From: Felis catus
Taxonomy: Eukaryota
Direction of reading: 5' to 3'
Assembly (NCBI RefSeq): GCF_018350175.1
Contig: NC_058368.1
Location: 151,530,001-151,594,000, forward strand
Length of the DNA: 64,000 bases
The translations under genes were made by a program, and so were the position numbers. The notes under the pieces were generated by a model. The model ran no database searches. It was not told where the DNA came from and saw only the letters and a list, made by a program, of their open reading frames with translations. Below, one piece after another: positions 24,523-37,849 of the stretch; the stretch's first letter is position 1; each line of letters begins with the position of its first letter.

Positions 24523-25820
24523 TGCGTGTATATGAATATCCTCCTTAGTTTATTATTTTTTTTTACCTAAGCTTGTTATCACAAAGTTTTTTTAGTTCCT
24601 TAATGACTTACAGAACTATAAGATAAACTTTAATCTTTTCAGATTAAAAAGTAGAGAAGATAAACTTCTGCCTGCATTTAGTGTGTGTAACATTATTAAA
24701 CGCAGAACACGATTTACTGATCACCTCTAATTTTTTGTGGTGTACAACAATGAAAAGTCTTTAGGACAGTTGACTAGAACAAAAGGCAAATGCGCTTTTA
24801 ATTGAAAACGCATGCAATTTTTAAAAAAGAATCGGAAACCATCTGTACTGTAAACTTTTGTGTCTCTTATTCATTCCTGTTTACTCTGCTATTCAATCCA
24901 AATAAAGATTGTTTCCACCTCAGCAACATAAAAATCACATGGACTATCTCCTTCAGGCTGTCAGTCAGAGGAAAGATATACATATGCCCAAAGTATACAC
25001 TTGTGCTTGTTCACAGTGTTATTTGGGGAAAATATGTTGCATGTTCTCCTGGCTCTCCTAGTTTTACATTTTGAATTAATGCAATTTATTCTAATTTATG
25101 ACAACTGTTTAAAAGGCTTGTTCTCCGTTTTTCCCATTTATAAAGAAATTATTTACATAGAGAGGGAAAAGCAGGAGGGAAAGTGGGCTGCTTTGCATAA
25201 TCAGGTGTAAGAATTGAGTGGACTGTGTTTTGGTGTCAGCATTGTGTTCTAGGTCTGACTGTAAGCATGTCTTTCACAGCACCTTTTCTGCCTCTTTGGA
25301 AATAGGTTCTCCATAATTTCATTCCTTTCTTCTTCTTAAAGAAAGCCTTATACAATTGAGTTAATTACCTCCTTCTCCTCTCTTGTTCTCTCTTCCATAT
25401 TTATATGGGAGCTATCACCATAGTACCTATATGTGTTGTTAAGAATGCTATTTTAGAAAGGAAGAGAGGGAGAAAAGAAAAAAGAAAGATAGATAAGGCA
25501 GGGAGAAAAAAAAACCACATTATTCCTTGTCCTAGTTGTAAGGATCTTTTAAGGCCAAAAATCATGGAAAATCTCCCTGATTTTAAAGGTCTTTTAAATA
25601 GCTCTGAATAGAAGGGATTTGACTCCTTGTACATAGAACAGTGCCTCAACCATAGTAGGTAATTTTAGAATATTTGTTGACTGGCATCACTGAGAAGGAG
25701 CGCAGAAGCTCAGACAAAAAGATGATAGGGAGCCCATGTTGATTTCAGTCAGTATAGGATCTGGATCTCCCTTGGGACTTTCATGAAATTCTATTGGCCT
25801 ATGGTTTATATCCTACTAAC

Positions 25821-25968
25821 TATATATGCACAAAGTGGTATACACACATGTATACACACACGCACACACACGTGTGTGTGTGTGTATATATAGTATATAT
25901 TGTATATATATGTACATATGTGTGTATATACATACATATATATATGTGTGTGTATATACATATACACA
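25821..25968. repeat. Compound (TA/CA/TG)n low-complexity repeat
   Basis: Mostly alternating purine-pyrimidine tract. Contains the 18-bp palindrome cacacacacgtgtgtgtg at 25863-25880. Confidence 0.9.
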
Positions 25969-25984
25969 ACTTCAGCTACTAATA

Positions 25985-26255
25985 TCCTTAAAAGGAGTCA
26001 CAAGTCAGTAAACTAAGTCTTATTATTATGTGACAGTTGTTCTAATCTTCTCATTTGTATTAACTTACCCAATCCTCCTAACATCTCTAGGGGGTGTGTC
26101 CTGTTATTATCATCACCATTTTATAAATAAAGAAGCTGAGCAATGGAGAGGTTAAATAAGTAGTCCATGGTCCTATAGTTAGTAATGGCCAGTGAAAGGG
26201 ATTTGAACCCAGACAGTCCCACTCCAGCATCCAGTGCTCTTAACTACCACACTGT
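25985..26255 (-). mobile_element. MIR SINE, near full length
   Basis: caccattttataaataaagaagctgagcaatggagaggttaaataag...gggatttgaacccagacagtcccactccagcatccagtgctcttaactaccacactgt. Confidence 0.85.
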
Positions 26256-26514
26256 GCCTCCTCTCTCTGACTTCCATTCTGGACCAGAAATTGGGGCTGG
26301 GAATATACCTTTAGGGTAATAGGATTTTAGGGCCTGGATCTTGCCCTTACAGTAATGATCTGAACCTCAAATCTAATCTCAGGGGAGGCTACTGACCACA
26401 AGACTCCCAAGAAAGTACTATCCTAAATTATCCTTTGTTTATGTGGTTTTAAAATGTTTAAGCAGTGCCTACTTAACCTGTGGAACCCATGGCTTTACAC
26501 TAAAATCAGGCATT

Positions 26515-27100
26515 AATTAAACAGACATTTATTGGACAACTAATTGTAAAATTACTGAGGATACAACAAGAAATCATCTTGCTTTTATGGATGTATCAGT
26601 CTGTTGGGTGGGAGAAAATTAAACACGTGAACGAATAATTAAATATTGCTTAAGAACGACTGGTAGAATCTATATTTTGATGTGTGGATGGTGGAGGTTA
26701 GTGCAGACTAGGGATCAGGCTAAGACATCTACATAGATATCTGTGTCTTGAACTTAAGTCTTCAAAAGTTGATAAAGGGTTATATAATCAGAGAACTAGA
26801 TGAAGACACTAAGAAGAGGAAGCAGTTTATTCTAAGACTTGAAGATATGAAAGATGATGCTTTAAATGTGGTGTAGCTGGAGTGAGGTACCAAAGTGATG
26901 AGAAATGGGCTAAAAGTATAAGCAGAGATTAGACCACAAAGGACCACTTGTGGCTTCTATACTGTAGGTAAGGGATTTCCATGAGGGATGATAAGCAGGG
27001 CACTAGTCTCATCTAACCTCTTTTTTGAAAATGAACTCAGACGTTGATGGCCTGGAGGAGGGTAAAACTAGAGAAAATCAGGAAAGGAACCTTCTAGAAT
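26515..27100 (-). mobile_element. LINE-2 fragment
   Basis: aacagacatttattggacaactaatt...tgcttttatggatgtatcagtctgttggg...gtagctggagtgag, a diverged antisense L2. Confidence 0.55.
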
Positions 27101-27109
27101 AGTGCTAAA

Positions 27110-27300
27110 CACTAACCATAGTATAACCTTTAATACTCAGAACAATCCTATGTACAAGATATTGTCTCCATTTTATAAGTTTTTAAAAAATCTGGGAATT
27201 GTTGAGTAACTTGTGTAAGATCTTGTAGCAAGTAAGTGACAGCTGTTTTAATTTCGTATCAGTTGGACTCCAAACCCTACCCACTTCCCACTATATCATT
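27110..27300 (-). mobile_element. MIR SINE
   Basis: tttaatactcagaacaatcctatg...tctccattttataag...gttgagtaacttgtgtaagatcttgtagcaagtaagtgacagc. Confidence 0.7.
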
Positions 27301-27689
27301 CTGTCTCCTATTTCAGTGTCTTAAAAAAAAACAAAAAACTACACTCTTAGTCTCCACTTTGAATCACTCAGAACTTCACTGCACTGCCCAGATTCTCTTT
27401 CTAACTGTGCTCATAATTTCTTAGTCTCTCTGTTACCTTCCCCAACCTTTGTCTCATTGCTACCTGGTTCTCATTTCTACCTGCAGCACTCTGCTTTTCT
27501 CCCCCTTCCTCTCTTCCTTTCCACCCATCTCTACCCCTGACTGGATCCCTCCTTCTGAAGCAATCCATTCCACACATTTCATTCAGGAACCTGAGAACCA
27601 TCCTGCCCCCTTTACTCCTCTAACACTCAACAGTTAAGGTGTCCCCATGTCCTACTGTTTCTAGTTTTAAGCCTCTCTCATGTTTCTTT

Positions 27690-28005
27690 GTTCCAGGTTT
27701 GGTCAAACTGATTATCACTCTTACCTATACTATTGCAACAGCCATTTGATCTAGTCCATAATTATATCTGGATATCAAAGTGATGTATCTGAGTAGAAGT
27801 CTGACTGGACTGCTCCCCTGTTTAAAACTTTTCATTGGCTCCCTACTAAAAGCAGAACAAAATATAATTTTTTAAGAATGTTCTATAAAGTACCCTGAGA
27901 TCAGGTCATCAATTCTATCTTAAACTTTATTTCCCATTGTTTAGCACATTGTCTGGCAATAATAAATCCTCAGTAAACATTTGTTGGGTGAATGAGTGAA
28001 TGAAA
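27690..28005 (+). mobile_element. LINE-2 3' fragment
   Basis: tatcactcttacctatactattgcaacagcc...actgctcccctgtttaaaacttttcattggctccc...tagcacattgtctggca...aaacatttgttgggtgaatgagtgaatgaa. Confidence 0.7.
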
Positions 28006-30774
28006 CTAACTTGCTTATACTAATATATTTAAAAGAATTAGAGGTACATGTGATCTAAAATAATGACTTCATTTCCTAGCTATCTGAAGGTAGTTAGTAA
28101 TACTTAAACTATCTATAAATAAAGCATCAGCATTGACCAGTTAGAGTGGACACAGGCTGGGTGTCACTCGATATGTGCACTATCAACTCTGGCTAGACTT
28201 TTTTTAGTGGGTAGGTTTTTATTAGCTGAGAATCCCCTCAGTTGAGTTGCTCTCATTTATAACAGGCAGAACAGCGTCTGTGTAGAGTTCTCTGACTTTG
28301 GATATCATCCTAGAAGCATCCTCTTGCTCCAGCTGGCGTCCTCTCGGAAGCAGCTGAAGGACCAAGAGGATGGGAGTAAGATTCATAGATGGGATCTGGG
28401 GCTTTAAAAAGAGAACAGCCTCTGTGTTTCTGGTGGATGTGCAGCAGAGAGGAGCATCGCCCTCTACACTTGCCCTGTTCTCCCCACAAAAGTTCTGCAG
28501 AAAGACCTTTGAGAGTCCATGTGGAGCTCCCCTCCTTTTGAACCTTGTTCCTTCTATGGATTTTTCAGTCTCTAGCCACTTTCCTCCCAGTCTACTTGTC
28601 TTTCTCACCTCTTTCAGTTACTTAGGAGTGTTTTTGCCCCTCCTAGTGCTTTTTCCCATATACTGCCATCTTCTTCCTCTCCCACAGACCATCTCCATTT
28701 CCTTAACTGAATAAAATTATAATCTTATATATTTAGCAGGTCCATTAAATAAAATTTTTACCACCTAAGGATCAAATAAATATTGCATTTTGTGATTTTC
28801 TTTCTCACAAAAACAAAGGTAAGCCAAATCAAAACAAAAAAGTTGCCTTGGATAAAAAACCTTGAATACATCAGTTTTTTGTTCTAATAAAGCAATGATT
28901 TACTGTATCTAAAAATAAAAAAAACACTGTGGTCTGAGTGCTTAAGTAAATAAAAAAGGCAAATGAGAGACTTGTACTAAAAAGGAAAAGGGGGAGGGGA
29001 AGGAGAATATGGAAGAGGAGAAGATTTCAGAAATCACAAGTTAAAAAGGAAAGACAGAAGAAATTGGATCAATAAATAGCCTGTAATGACTATATACCCT
29101 CTCTTTGGTTCATGGTCTTGACCTTCTCAGCATAGGTGGAGTTCCTATCCAGCCAAAGGGAGACTAGCCAGAAGGGAAGAAATCACATCTGGTTTTATTC
29201 ATTAAATGATTTTTTGAGTACACACTATATACCAGACACTGTTCTAGGCAATTGGAAATCTTATAAGAACAATTTATGTTGTTGATCTTTTGTGTTTCTT
29301 TTTATGTTAAGAGCATGTTCTTTTCAGGGGAACATTTATTTATTGTGAGCCTTCCTTTTTGTAAGTTGCTCTGTGTGCCAGCCAAAACCAAAGGCAAAAG
29401 GTAGGTAAAAAGCAAAAGAAGAAAATCATGCACATAACAATCTTATAAAGATTTGTATTCGGTATACTGTGGAGAAAAGGTTCAGCCCTTTTCTTATTGT
29501 GTTTGCATCTGTTTCCCTATCCCCAAAGAGAATTAGCCAAATAAACCCCTACTGTACCTGGTGGAAGTAATGCACAGCGGCACCTTCACTTGTGTGGCTG
29601 GATATTAATGCTAATGTACAGGAGTTAAATATAGCACAAAGCAAGTATGTCAGAAGGAAAAAAAAAAACTGCACGGCAAGGGGTGGGAGGGGGGAGGCAA
29701 AGAGATTGTACACCTAAACACCAGGATAAACTGCAAAAGTGGTAAACTGGTATGAGGGGAATGTAGTGGATATTCAGAACTGAGTTCATGCTAACCTAAT
29801 ATCCTCAATAGTGAGACCCAACAATGCTGCCTAGGTGAGTATGAATGAGAGGGTCTGGAAAAGAGAAATCTGAGATGCTACTGATTAATAAGAAGGCTTG
29901 ATAGCCAAGATAGGGTTCTCTAAGTTTTCGCGTTCTTTGCCCACTTCAAACAGGAGATGGGTACTAAGTCTGTACACCTTTGGCTACAACCAGTCATATT
30001 ATGTGCTGGTTCTACAAATCTACATATGTCCCATTGCCTAATTATTAGATACCACTTTGAAAAACTCTGGAAGTGCTTCATGGGCAATGGCTTAAAATAA
30101 AGAGCTTAGTTTTGAGAAGCTTATCCATGGTCAGGAGATTTTTGCCTACAGCCATGGAGATTCTGGCTTCAACATGTACCCCATTTTTTCCTTAGGACAC
30201 TGTGTGATGTATGAGTGAAAGCACTTGATGGGGAGTTAGGAAAACTATTTAAAAAGTGATTTTTTTCACTACACATTTATGTCATCTTGAAAAGTTAACT
30301 TCTCAGCACGTTGTTTATTTATTTTCATTTCTAAAGTAAGGCAGTTAAACCAGATGACCTCAATTGTCCTTTCTGGTTATGACATTCCAGAGTCTCAGTA
30401 GATTAACTTAAAATGCCCCATTTATGACCAAATGTAGAAGTTATGGTAAAAGCCCCAGCCACAGGGGACATAATATGGCCATCTGTGCTTGAATCCTGCT
30501 GTGGAGGAGCCTAACCTTCCTAAGACACTGATCACTTCCTTTTGGGGCAGATGTTTTCCTTAAGTCAGAAGAGATATGTCTATACCTGAGTCCAACTGAG
30601 TGGATCCTACCTCTTTAGTTAACTGATGTATCCCCTGGGCTTAATACAGTCATTGGCACTTACTAAGTGCTCAGAAAATCTTTGATGAATGAGTTAAATA
30701 TCTCCTGGGAAACTAATACCTAAGTGGGACTTAAAAGGCTGTAAAGGATAAGGAACATTTCTTTTAGGGCATGC

Positions 30775-31000
30775 GATACTGAGTGTAATTGAGGATAAGA
30801 GCAAGAACTCAGTGTTCACATCTTGACCCTATCACTTATTATCTTGACGACCATAGGCATATTACTTACTCTTTCCAAGTCTAATGCTCTTCCAGAGAAA
30901 GTGGGGTTAAAATGGTATCTTCCTCATGTGGACATTGTGAAGGTTGAATAACTACTGAATTATGAGCCCAGTGACTAGCAAATAGTGAATTGTTAATAAA
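30775..31000 (+). mobile_element. MIR SINE
   Basis: cctatcacttattatcttgacgaccataggcatattacttac...aaagtggggttaaaatggtatcttcctcatgtggacattgtgaaggttgaataa. Confidence 0.65.
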
Positions 31001-31222
31001 TATTAATGCTACTTTACTTTGAGTTCTGAGTAAACAAGATAAAGGGGGGAAAACTTCTAAAGCCTTAGTGATGCACGTGTATTCTGTTAAAGAGCTCATT
31101 AACTAGTTATTCAACAATAATGAAATTGAGGTTTCTTTAATATGTTCTCTATTGAGCTGGTGTGTTGTGTGGTAGGGGAGTTGGGGAGGGTTCATTTAAA
31201 AGAGAGGATAAGACTAAACAAA

Positions 31223-31398
31223 AAGTTAGGGAGGGACCCTAACCATAAGAGACTCTTAAAAACTGAGAATGAACTGAGGGTTGATGGGGGGATGGGAAGG
31301 AGGGGAAAGTGGGTGATGGGCATCGAGGAGGGCACCTGTTGAGATGAGTACTGGGTGTTGTATGGAAACCAATTTGACAATAACTTTCATATTAAAAA
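31223..31398 (+). mobile_element. 5'-truncated felid L1 3' end
   Basis: aaccataagagactcttaaaaactgagaatgaactgagggttgatggggg...gtactgggtgttgtatggaaaccaatttgacaataa plus A-tail. TSD aagactaaa[c/g]aaa at 31210-31222 and 31399-31411. Confidence 0.9.
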
Positions 31399-31835
31399 AA
31401 GACTAAAGAAATAAGCAGGTTGTCAGGTAGTATCTAATGAAAAGTGAATTCAGAGAGAATGCACAGGATCTAGATTGGGTGTGATGATACCACATGAGCT
31501 TTGGTTTGAGGCATTAATATAGGGAAATCTAGGGTGGGTGGACAGTGAGCTTGAACCATACAGAGGCTCATTTACTAAGACAAAGGGCACTGGCCAAGTT
31601 GGTTCAAGTGTCTGTCTGGCTAGAGTGAAGGCAATAGCCGGAGAATATTGTCCAAGCTCATGTTGGGCCCCAGCAAATGTGAGGGTTGGTCTTAGTGTAC
31701 ACAGCGAATGCTAGAGAGTTTTCTGACATAGCTGCTTTTGGGTTTGAAGATAGCCTCTCCTCTGTGCAGGACCAGAGCAGGCAGTGATTTGAAGGGATAG
31801 GAAGCAAGGGATTAGCAAGTGCTAAGGTGTTAGAT

Positions 31836-31897
31836 CATGAACAAGTGGGGCTGGAATGTGGGGGTACCATGAACAAGTGGGGCTGGAATGTGGCGGT
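31836..31897. repeat. 32-bp-period tandem duplication
   Basis: catgaacaagtggggctggaatgtgg occurs at 31836 and 31868, with 29/30 identity over the aligned span. Confidence 0.95.
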
Positions 31898-32925
31898 GGG
31901 CTTAAGTCCTAGAAAACAGGTAGGTAAGAAGCTGAGGAAAAAGCAGAAGACATACTGCGTTATAGGCAGACTCAGGCTTTCCATCTGATCTAAAAGAGCA
32001 GGAGGGAGAATAGAGAGTTAAGGAGAGAGCACTTTAATTTAGAGACTGTAGGTCCCCCCAAGTTTTACTCTGATCATGGTTTAAATATCTGGTAGGCATC
32101 AGAAATTAATTCCAAGTTATACCACGTGAGATTGACAGCATCCATATGCATTCTGCTTTGACACCATTGGCTCAGAAAGTTAAGTTGGCTGTAGAGATAG
32201 ATGATGAAGAAACTTGGCAGGAGCTGGCAGCAGAGCTAGAGGGAAGAAATAAAAGCAAAGAAAAGAAGAAGAAGAAAATGAATCTAAATAATACTGACCA
32301 CAGGGGGGAAAAAACTCTAAACATTAAAAAATGAGTAAAAGTCTTATTTATCAGATCCAAGAAGATTTATCTGAGGCAAAATAGGATGATCCAATGACTA
32401 AAGAATTTTCATGTTTCCAAAATGACCAAACCTGGAGGATATATTCCTCCACTTCTCCTAGTTATCTAAGAGGCTAGAAAGAGTGATCCTATTAAAACAG
32501 GATGGGACAATTCTAATGTTCTCCAGTGATGCACAGGTCAGAGCTCAAAGAAAAACCTTAAAAAATTAAGTGACATCAAGAAATACCTGAAGCAAACTGC
32601 TGGAGACCACAAAGCAGCAACAAGCCTCAAGGTAAAAGAATAGAGAGCTCTGCTAGTGTAAATGGCCCATAGGCATGTTCTATCCTCTTACTGGGCAGAG
32701 ATCTGCTGAGCACTTGCCAAAGGAGAGGTTCTGAACATGCAGTGGTATGATGGTACAGCTGGGGTGGTTCCCCACCAGGAAATAAAAAGTAGGGAAAGGC
32801 CTTGAAGTCTGGGGTGTCCACTTTATAATATAAACCTCACAAAATGTTGAGGGAAGGTAAATGGAAATGGGAACAGGGGAATCCAGATAGTGTTTTCCCT
32901 ATGGGTACTCTGCTTTGACACCAAA

Positions 32926-33279
32926 TGTCAATCTTTTTGGACTTCTATAACAAAAATACCATAGGCCGGTGACTTAACAAAATTTATTATTCACAGTTCT
33001 GGAGACTCAGAAGTCTAAGGCATGGGCACATGTGCTGTTAGATGAGGGCCTTCTTCCTACTTCATAGATGACTATCTTCTCACTGTGTCTGCACATGGAA
33101 GAAGCAGTGAGAAGGTTCTTTGGGGTCTCTTTCATAGGGGCACTAATCCCGTTCATGGGGGCTCTACCCCATGACCTCATCACCCCCCAAAGGCTCCACT
33201 TCCTGATACCATCACATTTGGGGTTATGATTTCAATATATCAATATGTGGAGGTGGCCACATTCAGTAAACACATAACA
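32926..33279 (-). mobile_element. MaLR solo LTR (MLT1A0-like)
   Basis: ctataacaaaaataccataggcc...tcacagttctggagac...gggcactaatcccgttcatgggggctctaccccatgacctcatcacccccc...ataaca. TSD ccaaa/ccaac. Confidence 0.88.
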
Positions 33280-35009
33280 CCAACTTTAACTACTTCATTA
33301 AATTTTAATCCTTTGATCAGAACTTTTCCCTTTCCCACTTAGAAACTCTAAAGACATTTAAATCATCATTTAGAACTTTTTATAGGCCCAGATATTCTAT
33401 ATATCATGTGACTTGTCTTCCTGCATGGCTTCAGGTAACCTTAGATGCCACCCAACTGGTATGATTTGTGAGATCCTAATAACTTACACATTTTACTCCA
33501 TGCCATTGTCAAAATGGAGGTATTTTCCTTGTGGTGCCACACACTAGGAATTATCAGTTATGAGTCCAATTTTGCCAAAAATCTGCCTGGCAGGCTTTGG
33601 GGGATAAGATCCAAGAATGCAGGAGAAATAGGGCATGACTATGGTCTTGCATTTGAGTGATTGGTGGAAAATCTTAGAAATGATCTAGATCAATAATGAT
33701 AATGGTGGAGGCACCCTTATGAGGTCAAATGCAAGATTAAAATTTTAAGACAAATTTATCAAAAATTTCCCTTAAATTTGCCAAATCTTACTGTAGTAAA
33801 GAACAAACCAACGGTAGTTTGAAGACTTGCCTACTCATAATGCTAGAGGAAATGCCCAACACTCAGTGTATCAAGTTAGTGTCTTCTCTTGCACAAAAGT
33901 TAGTGATGACTTAAATATTCTTTGAATAAATTAAACAAATGCAGGTAGATTTTTTTCAGGATATAAAGCAATATGGAAACTGACTTGAGGTCTGAGAACC
34001 ATTTTTGTTTTCAATTATAGTCACTTATTTTATACAGATTTTAAAGTTTACTTATTTACTAAAAAATTATTTACTATAGGAATAATATAAATACAAATAT
34101 TAAAATCATACTTGAATGTATTATTTTATAAATGTCTGTTATAATTAAAGTCTTTTTTCAGCACCATGGAAAATTTGCAGAGCAGTCAGTGGGGTATGAT
34201 TTGACCAAGCAAAGGATTGGTTGATTTGAAGGGATGGTGGAGAATAGAACATTTGTTTGACTTAAATTGGGCAACTTGATTTAAGAAGCACCAGAACAAT
34301 ATACAAAACTACATATGCCATCCAACCCTGTCAAGAAATACCATTCCAATGCCGCAGAGCTGTGCCAGTTCAACTCAGAGTGCCATCTTCAGCCAGGCTC
34401 ATATGGCAGTGAAGACTCAGTGAAGAGTCAAACCATTTCCAGTCCTTTAATTCTTAGGGAATGGATCTAAGGGGCCAATGTGCCTTTTCCATATTGCGGG
34501 GAAAATACAGCAGCAAGCACAGCTCCCTGTGATTGCTTCTAACTTTATAATATTCAGCAGCCATAAGGAGCGAGTGTCTTCTAATATATGCTGATTTTTA
34601 TTGAGGACTGCAAATTTTCACATTCCAATTCTTTTTAAAACAAAGACAATGAATAATGAATAGCAACTTCAGAACAGGCGAAGCTAATTCTACTTTGAGC
34701 CACCAGTAGGTATTCTTTGGTGATGTTTGGGCCAGGCAACCATCGTTGAAAAGTTACAGTCAGTTTTTGCAAGTTATGTTTCTATTTAACCAATAAGGAT
34801 CCTGGAGACTTTATTATGACAATATGATGGATTCTTATATTCTACCTTGAAAGGTCTTATTGCATGGCCTTCAAAAGATTAGTAGAAAGGGCATTTATTG
34901 TCATTCAGTTTGTTCACTAGTGATCAGAATAAAATAAATTAGGTGTTAAAGAGAAATGCATAACTTTTGATTTTTGTAGGCACAGACACAGACCTTACTT
35001 CAAGCCAGA

Positions 35010-35520
35010 AAGGTGGGGCATCCTCAACTTTTTCTTTCTAATCCCTTGAATTTAAATAATCACCAAGCCTCCTCTGACCTGCTTCCTAAATTGCTCTTTT
35101 TCTTCTCCCTTCCTCCCCATCACCACTGCCACTGCCCTACTTTGAGCTTTCAACATTTTTTCTGGAATGTTACATTTGCCTTGTTGGTGATCCTGACTTT
35201 CTGTTCACAGCTATCCAGATCAACTTGCATACTGCTGGCAGTGCTGATTTTCTAACATTCCTATCAAATATTAACACCCCCCCCCCAAAACAATAAAGAC
35301 ACTTACAATAAATCCAGAAACAAACTCCAGGGGCTTCCTATCACTTGAAGGACCAAGTCTGATTCTTCACAGGACTTTCAGATAAATTCACATTATGAGC
35401 CCTGCCTATCTTGCTAGCCTCATCTTCTGCCATACTACCTCATGTTTCCAGTGCACTAGCCAGACAAAACTGTTTGCACTTCTCTAAACCTATATGGTTC
35501 CTCATGCCTCTATAGAACAC
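35010..35520 (+). mobile_element. LINE-2 fragment
   Basis: taatcaccaagcctcctctgacctgcttcctaaa...caccactgccactgccctact...tgagccctgcctatcttgctagcctcatcttctgccatac. Confidence 0.6.
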
Positions 35521-35549
35521 ATCCTCTCTTAGCCACATTGCAAATTCAT

Positions 35550-35692
35550 CTCTGAATCACCATGAGAGCTGCCTGCCAACCAAGAACACCTTCACTGAAA
35601 TATTATGTAAGAGATAAACTTCATTCATATTTGAGCCATTATATAGTCTTGAATCTTTTTGCTATGGTAGCCTGTCTTACCCTAAACTGTAC
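35550..35692 (+). mobile_element. MLT1-family LTR 3' fragment
   Basis: ctgaatcaccatgagagctgcctgccaacc...gtaagagataaacttcattcatatttgagccatt...ttgctatggtagcc. Confidence 0.55.
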
Positions 35693-36784
35693 CTGTGTAT
35701 GCAGGTACTCCTAGAGGGTACATAGTTTGCCTACTGGACGGAGTGAAAGAATGAGGCAGCCACTTCTGATCAGCTCTAGGTAGAGTGAGAACAAACTCTC
35801 CTCTTTACGGTAACACAGTGTCACATGGCTTGACAGGCAGAGGTCAGCTAGATTTTAGCTTTCATAGACCCATGCTTTAAAGTACTGCAGAAAGTTCACA
35901 ATCATATTCAATGATCCAGGAGTGCCCAGTGTGTGGTAAAGTGTAGGAAAGTGTAGTAAAGAGGAGGGACTTTACTAGGAAGTACAGATATGAAGGACAC
36001 ATAGATTAAGACACTGAAGTATTAATAAGAAACTATAACTTAGGGGGCAATGTAATGACCTATTACAAATGTACAAGTCAAGAACGTCCAAGGAGGAAAA
36101 GAGTACTTATAATTCAGAAAAAATTTTATGTAGAAATATGCATCTCTGCTGGGGCTTCAAAATATAAGGTAAACTTTGATATTCACAAAGTGGAGATCCC
36201 AAAAACATTCCATTTAGTTGGAAAGGTGTGGGAAAAAATATTAAGGTGCCAAAATGCACAGTTACTTATCTGGTTAATCTGGGGCATGAGGGTGGAGGAG
36301 ATGAGAATGGGAAGACAGACTGGAACCTTATAAAATTGTTAAATGCCATGATGGGTAGGTTAGGGCAAGGAGGATCCACAGCAGGATTTTAACATGAATG
36401 TTCTATTAACCAGACAAAAATGATTTGGAATGGACTAGCCTGAAGGTACAAAAACAAATTAGGAAAAGTACTGGAATTGTTTGGGCAAGGAGTAAAGAGA
36501 GCCTGAATTAGGCTAGTGGCAGTGGGAAGAGAAAGAAGGGAATGAATTTTGGAAGAAGACTTGAATATTTCTCAATGTGAGGGAGGAGAGAAAGGGACAA
36601 AGAATATGGCTAATATTTAAAGTCCAGGTGCACAGAGGAAAGTGATATGCTTAACAAACATTGGGATGCCATGAAAAGGCACAGCTTTTTATAGAAGAAG
36701 AGTTTGGTTTTGAGCTCCTTGATTTTGACTGGCTCTATATACAGAGACAAGTTTTATATCTTGTGTCCATCTTTAGGTTGTAAA

Positions 36785-37015
36785 TAGCAAACACTTAAAA
36801 AGCTCTTACTGTATGCCAGGCACTACTCTAAGCACTTTAAACATATTAACTCAATAAATATTCAAGCAACCATGAGGTAATTACTAATATTATCCTCATT
36901 TTACAGAGAGTTGATATACTCAGAGTAACTCAGTTAGGAAGTGACAGAGCGGGGATTTTAACTTAGGAAGTCTGATTCAAAAATCCATGTTTTGAACTGA
37001 CATGCTACACTGCTT
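36785..37015 (-). mobile_element. MIR SINE
   Basis: cttactgtatgccaggcactactctaagcactttaa...attatcctcattttacagag...agttaggaagtgacagagcggggattttaacttagg. Confidence 0.85.
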
Positions 37016-37849
37016 CTTGTAAAGTCACTTAAGGAAAGAAGACTTCATAAGGCAACAAAGAATGTATAATGTAGATTGTGGATGTTTAGGAATACTTCTA
37101 ATAACTATTACTGATCCAAATTCTTTTAGTGCCTTTGTTCTCCTTAGCTGAGCATTAAGCATCTTTGGAAGTTTCTGATCAATACGGTACAATATAATAG
37201 ATAGTAATCTTTTCCAGAGAGAAATATGCTTCATAAAGTATTATACAAAAATATATGGGAATGATGAAAAAGACAGGATCCTGTGTTAGATTCTGTCATA
37301 GGCAAAGGTGATTCTCAAAAATAATAATATGTTAGTGCCCCATGAAGAAAGCCAGAATAGTTGGTCAGCTCGGGATCTCACTCAGCCTTATTCTTTATGG
37401 TTGGCCTTTAGCCAGAGCAAATCCTTCCAAGTGACAGCTGTCAAATGTCACATGTTACAGATTAAAGTGAAAAACTATTCAGAATGATGGATAAAAATAC
37501 TATAAACTCCGAGATCCTAAGAATTCCTTATAACTAAATTCTCAGCACCTGGAGTAGATGCCTATCACTTATACCCATTTCCTGGAACAATTTTGGCTTT
37601 ATTGTAGCACAAATGGCTAGAAATAGTTCATTAACATTACTTTTCCAGTTAATCCAGACGCTTTAACTAGAGTTTCTTCACTTGTATATCCAATTGAGAG
37701 ACATGGTTTGTAGGGTAATAGTCCATATCTGCCATGCTTTCTTCATGTCCTACCACATTTCCAGTGAGAAATGATTGGTAAATTAATAATAGTAAACTGA
37801 CATCTTTATGAAGTCTGCAATGTGGAAAAATCCAGTAAGGAGGATGAGT

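Noticed and set aside
26644..26656. 13-nt match to mature miR-137 (TATTGCTTAAGAA)
   Set aside because: The match breaks after 13 nt, I see no complementary arm for a hairpin, and it lies within an L2 fragment.
26950..26973. Third TAG|GTAAGG juxtaposition
   Set aside because: Short, interrupted pyrimidine tract within decayed L2 sequence; much weaker than the sites at 24200 and 44521.
28222..28714. Longest ORF in the window (128 aa, minus) and the overlapping 114-aa plus ORF
   Set aside because: No recognisable domain. Length is explained by locally higher GC and an adjacent pyrimidine-rich tract.
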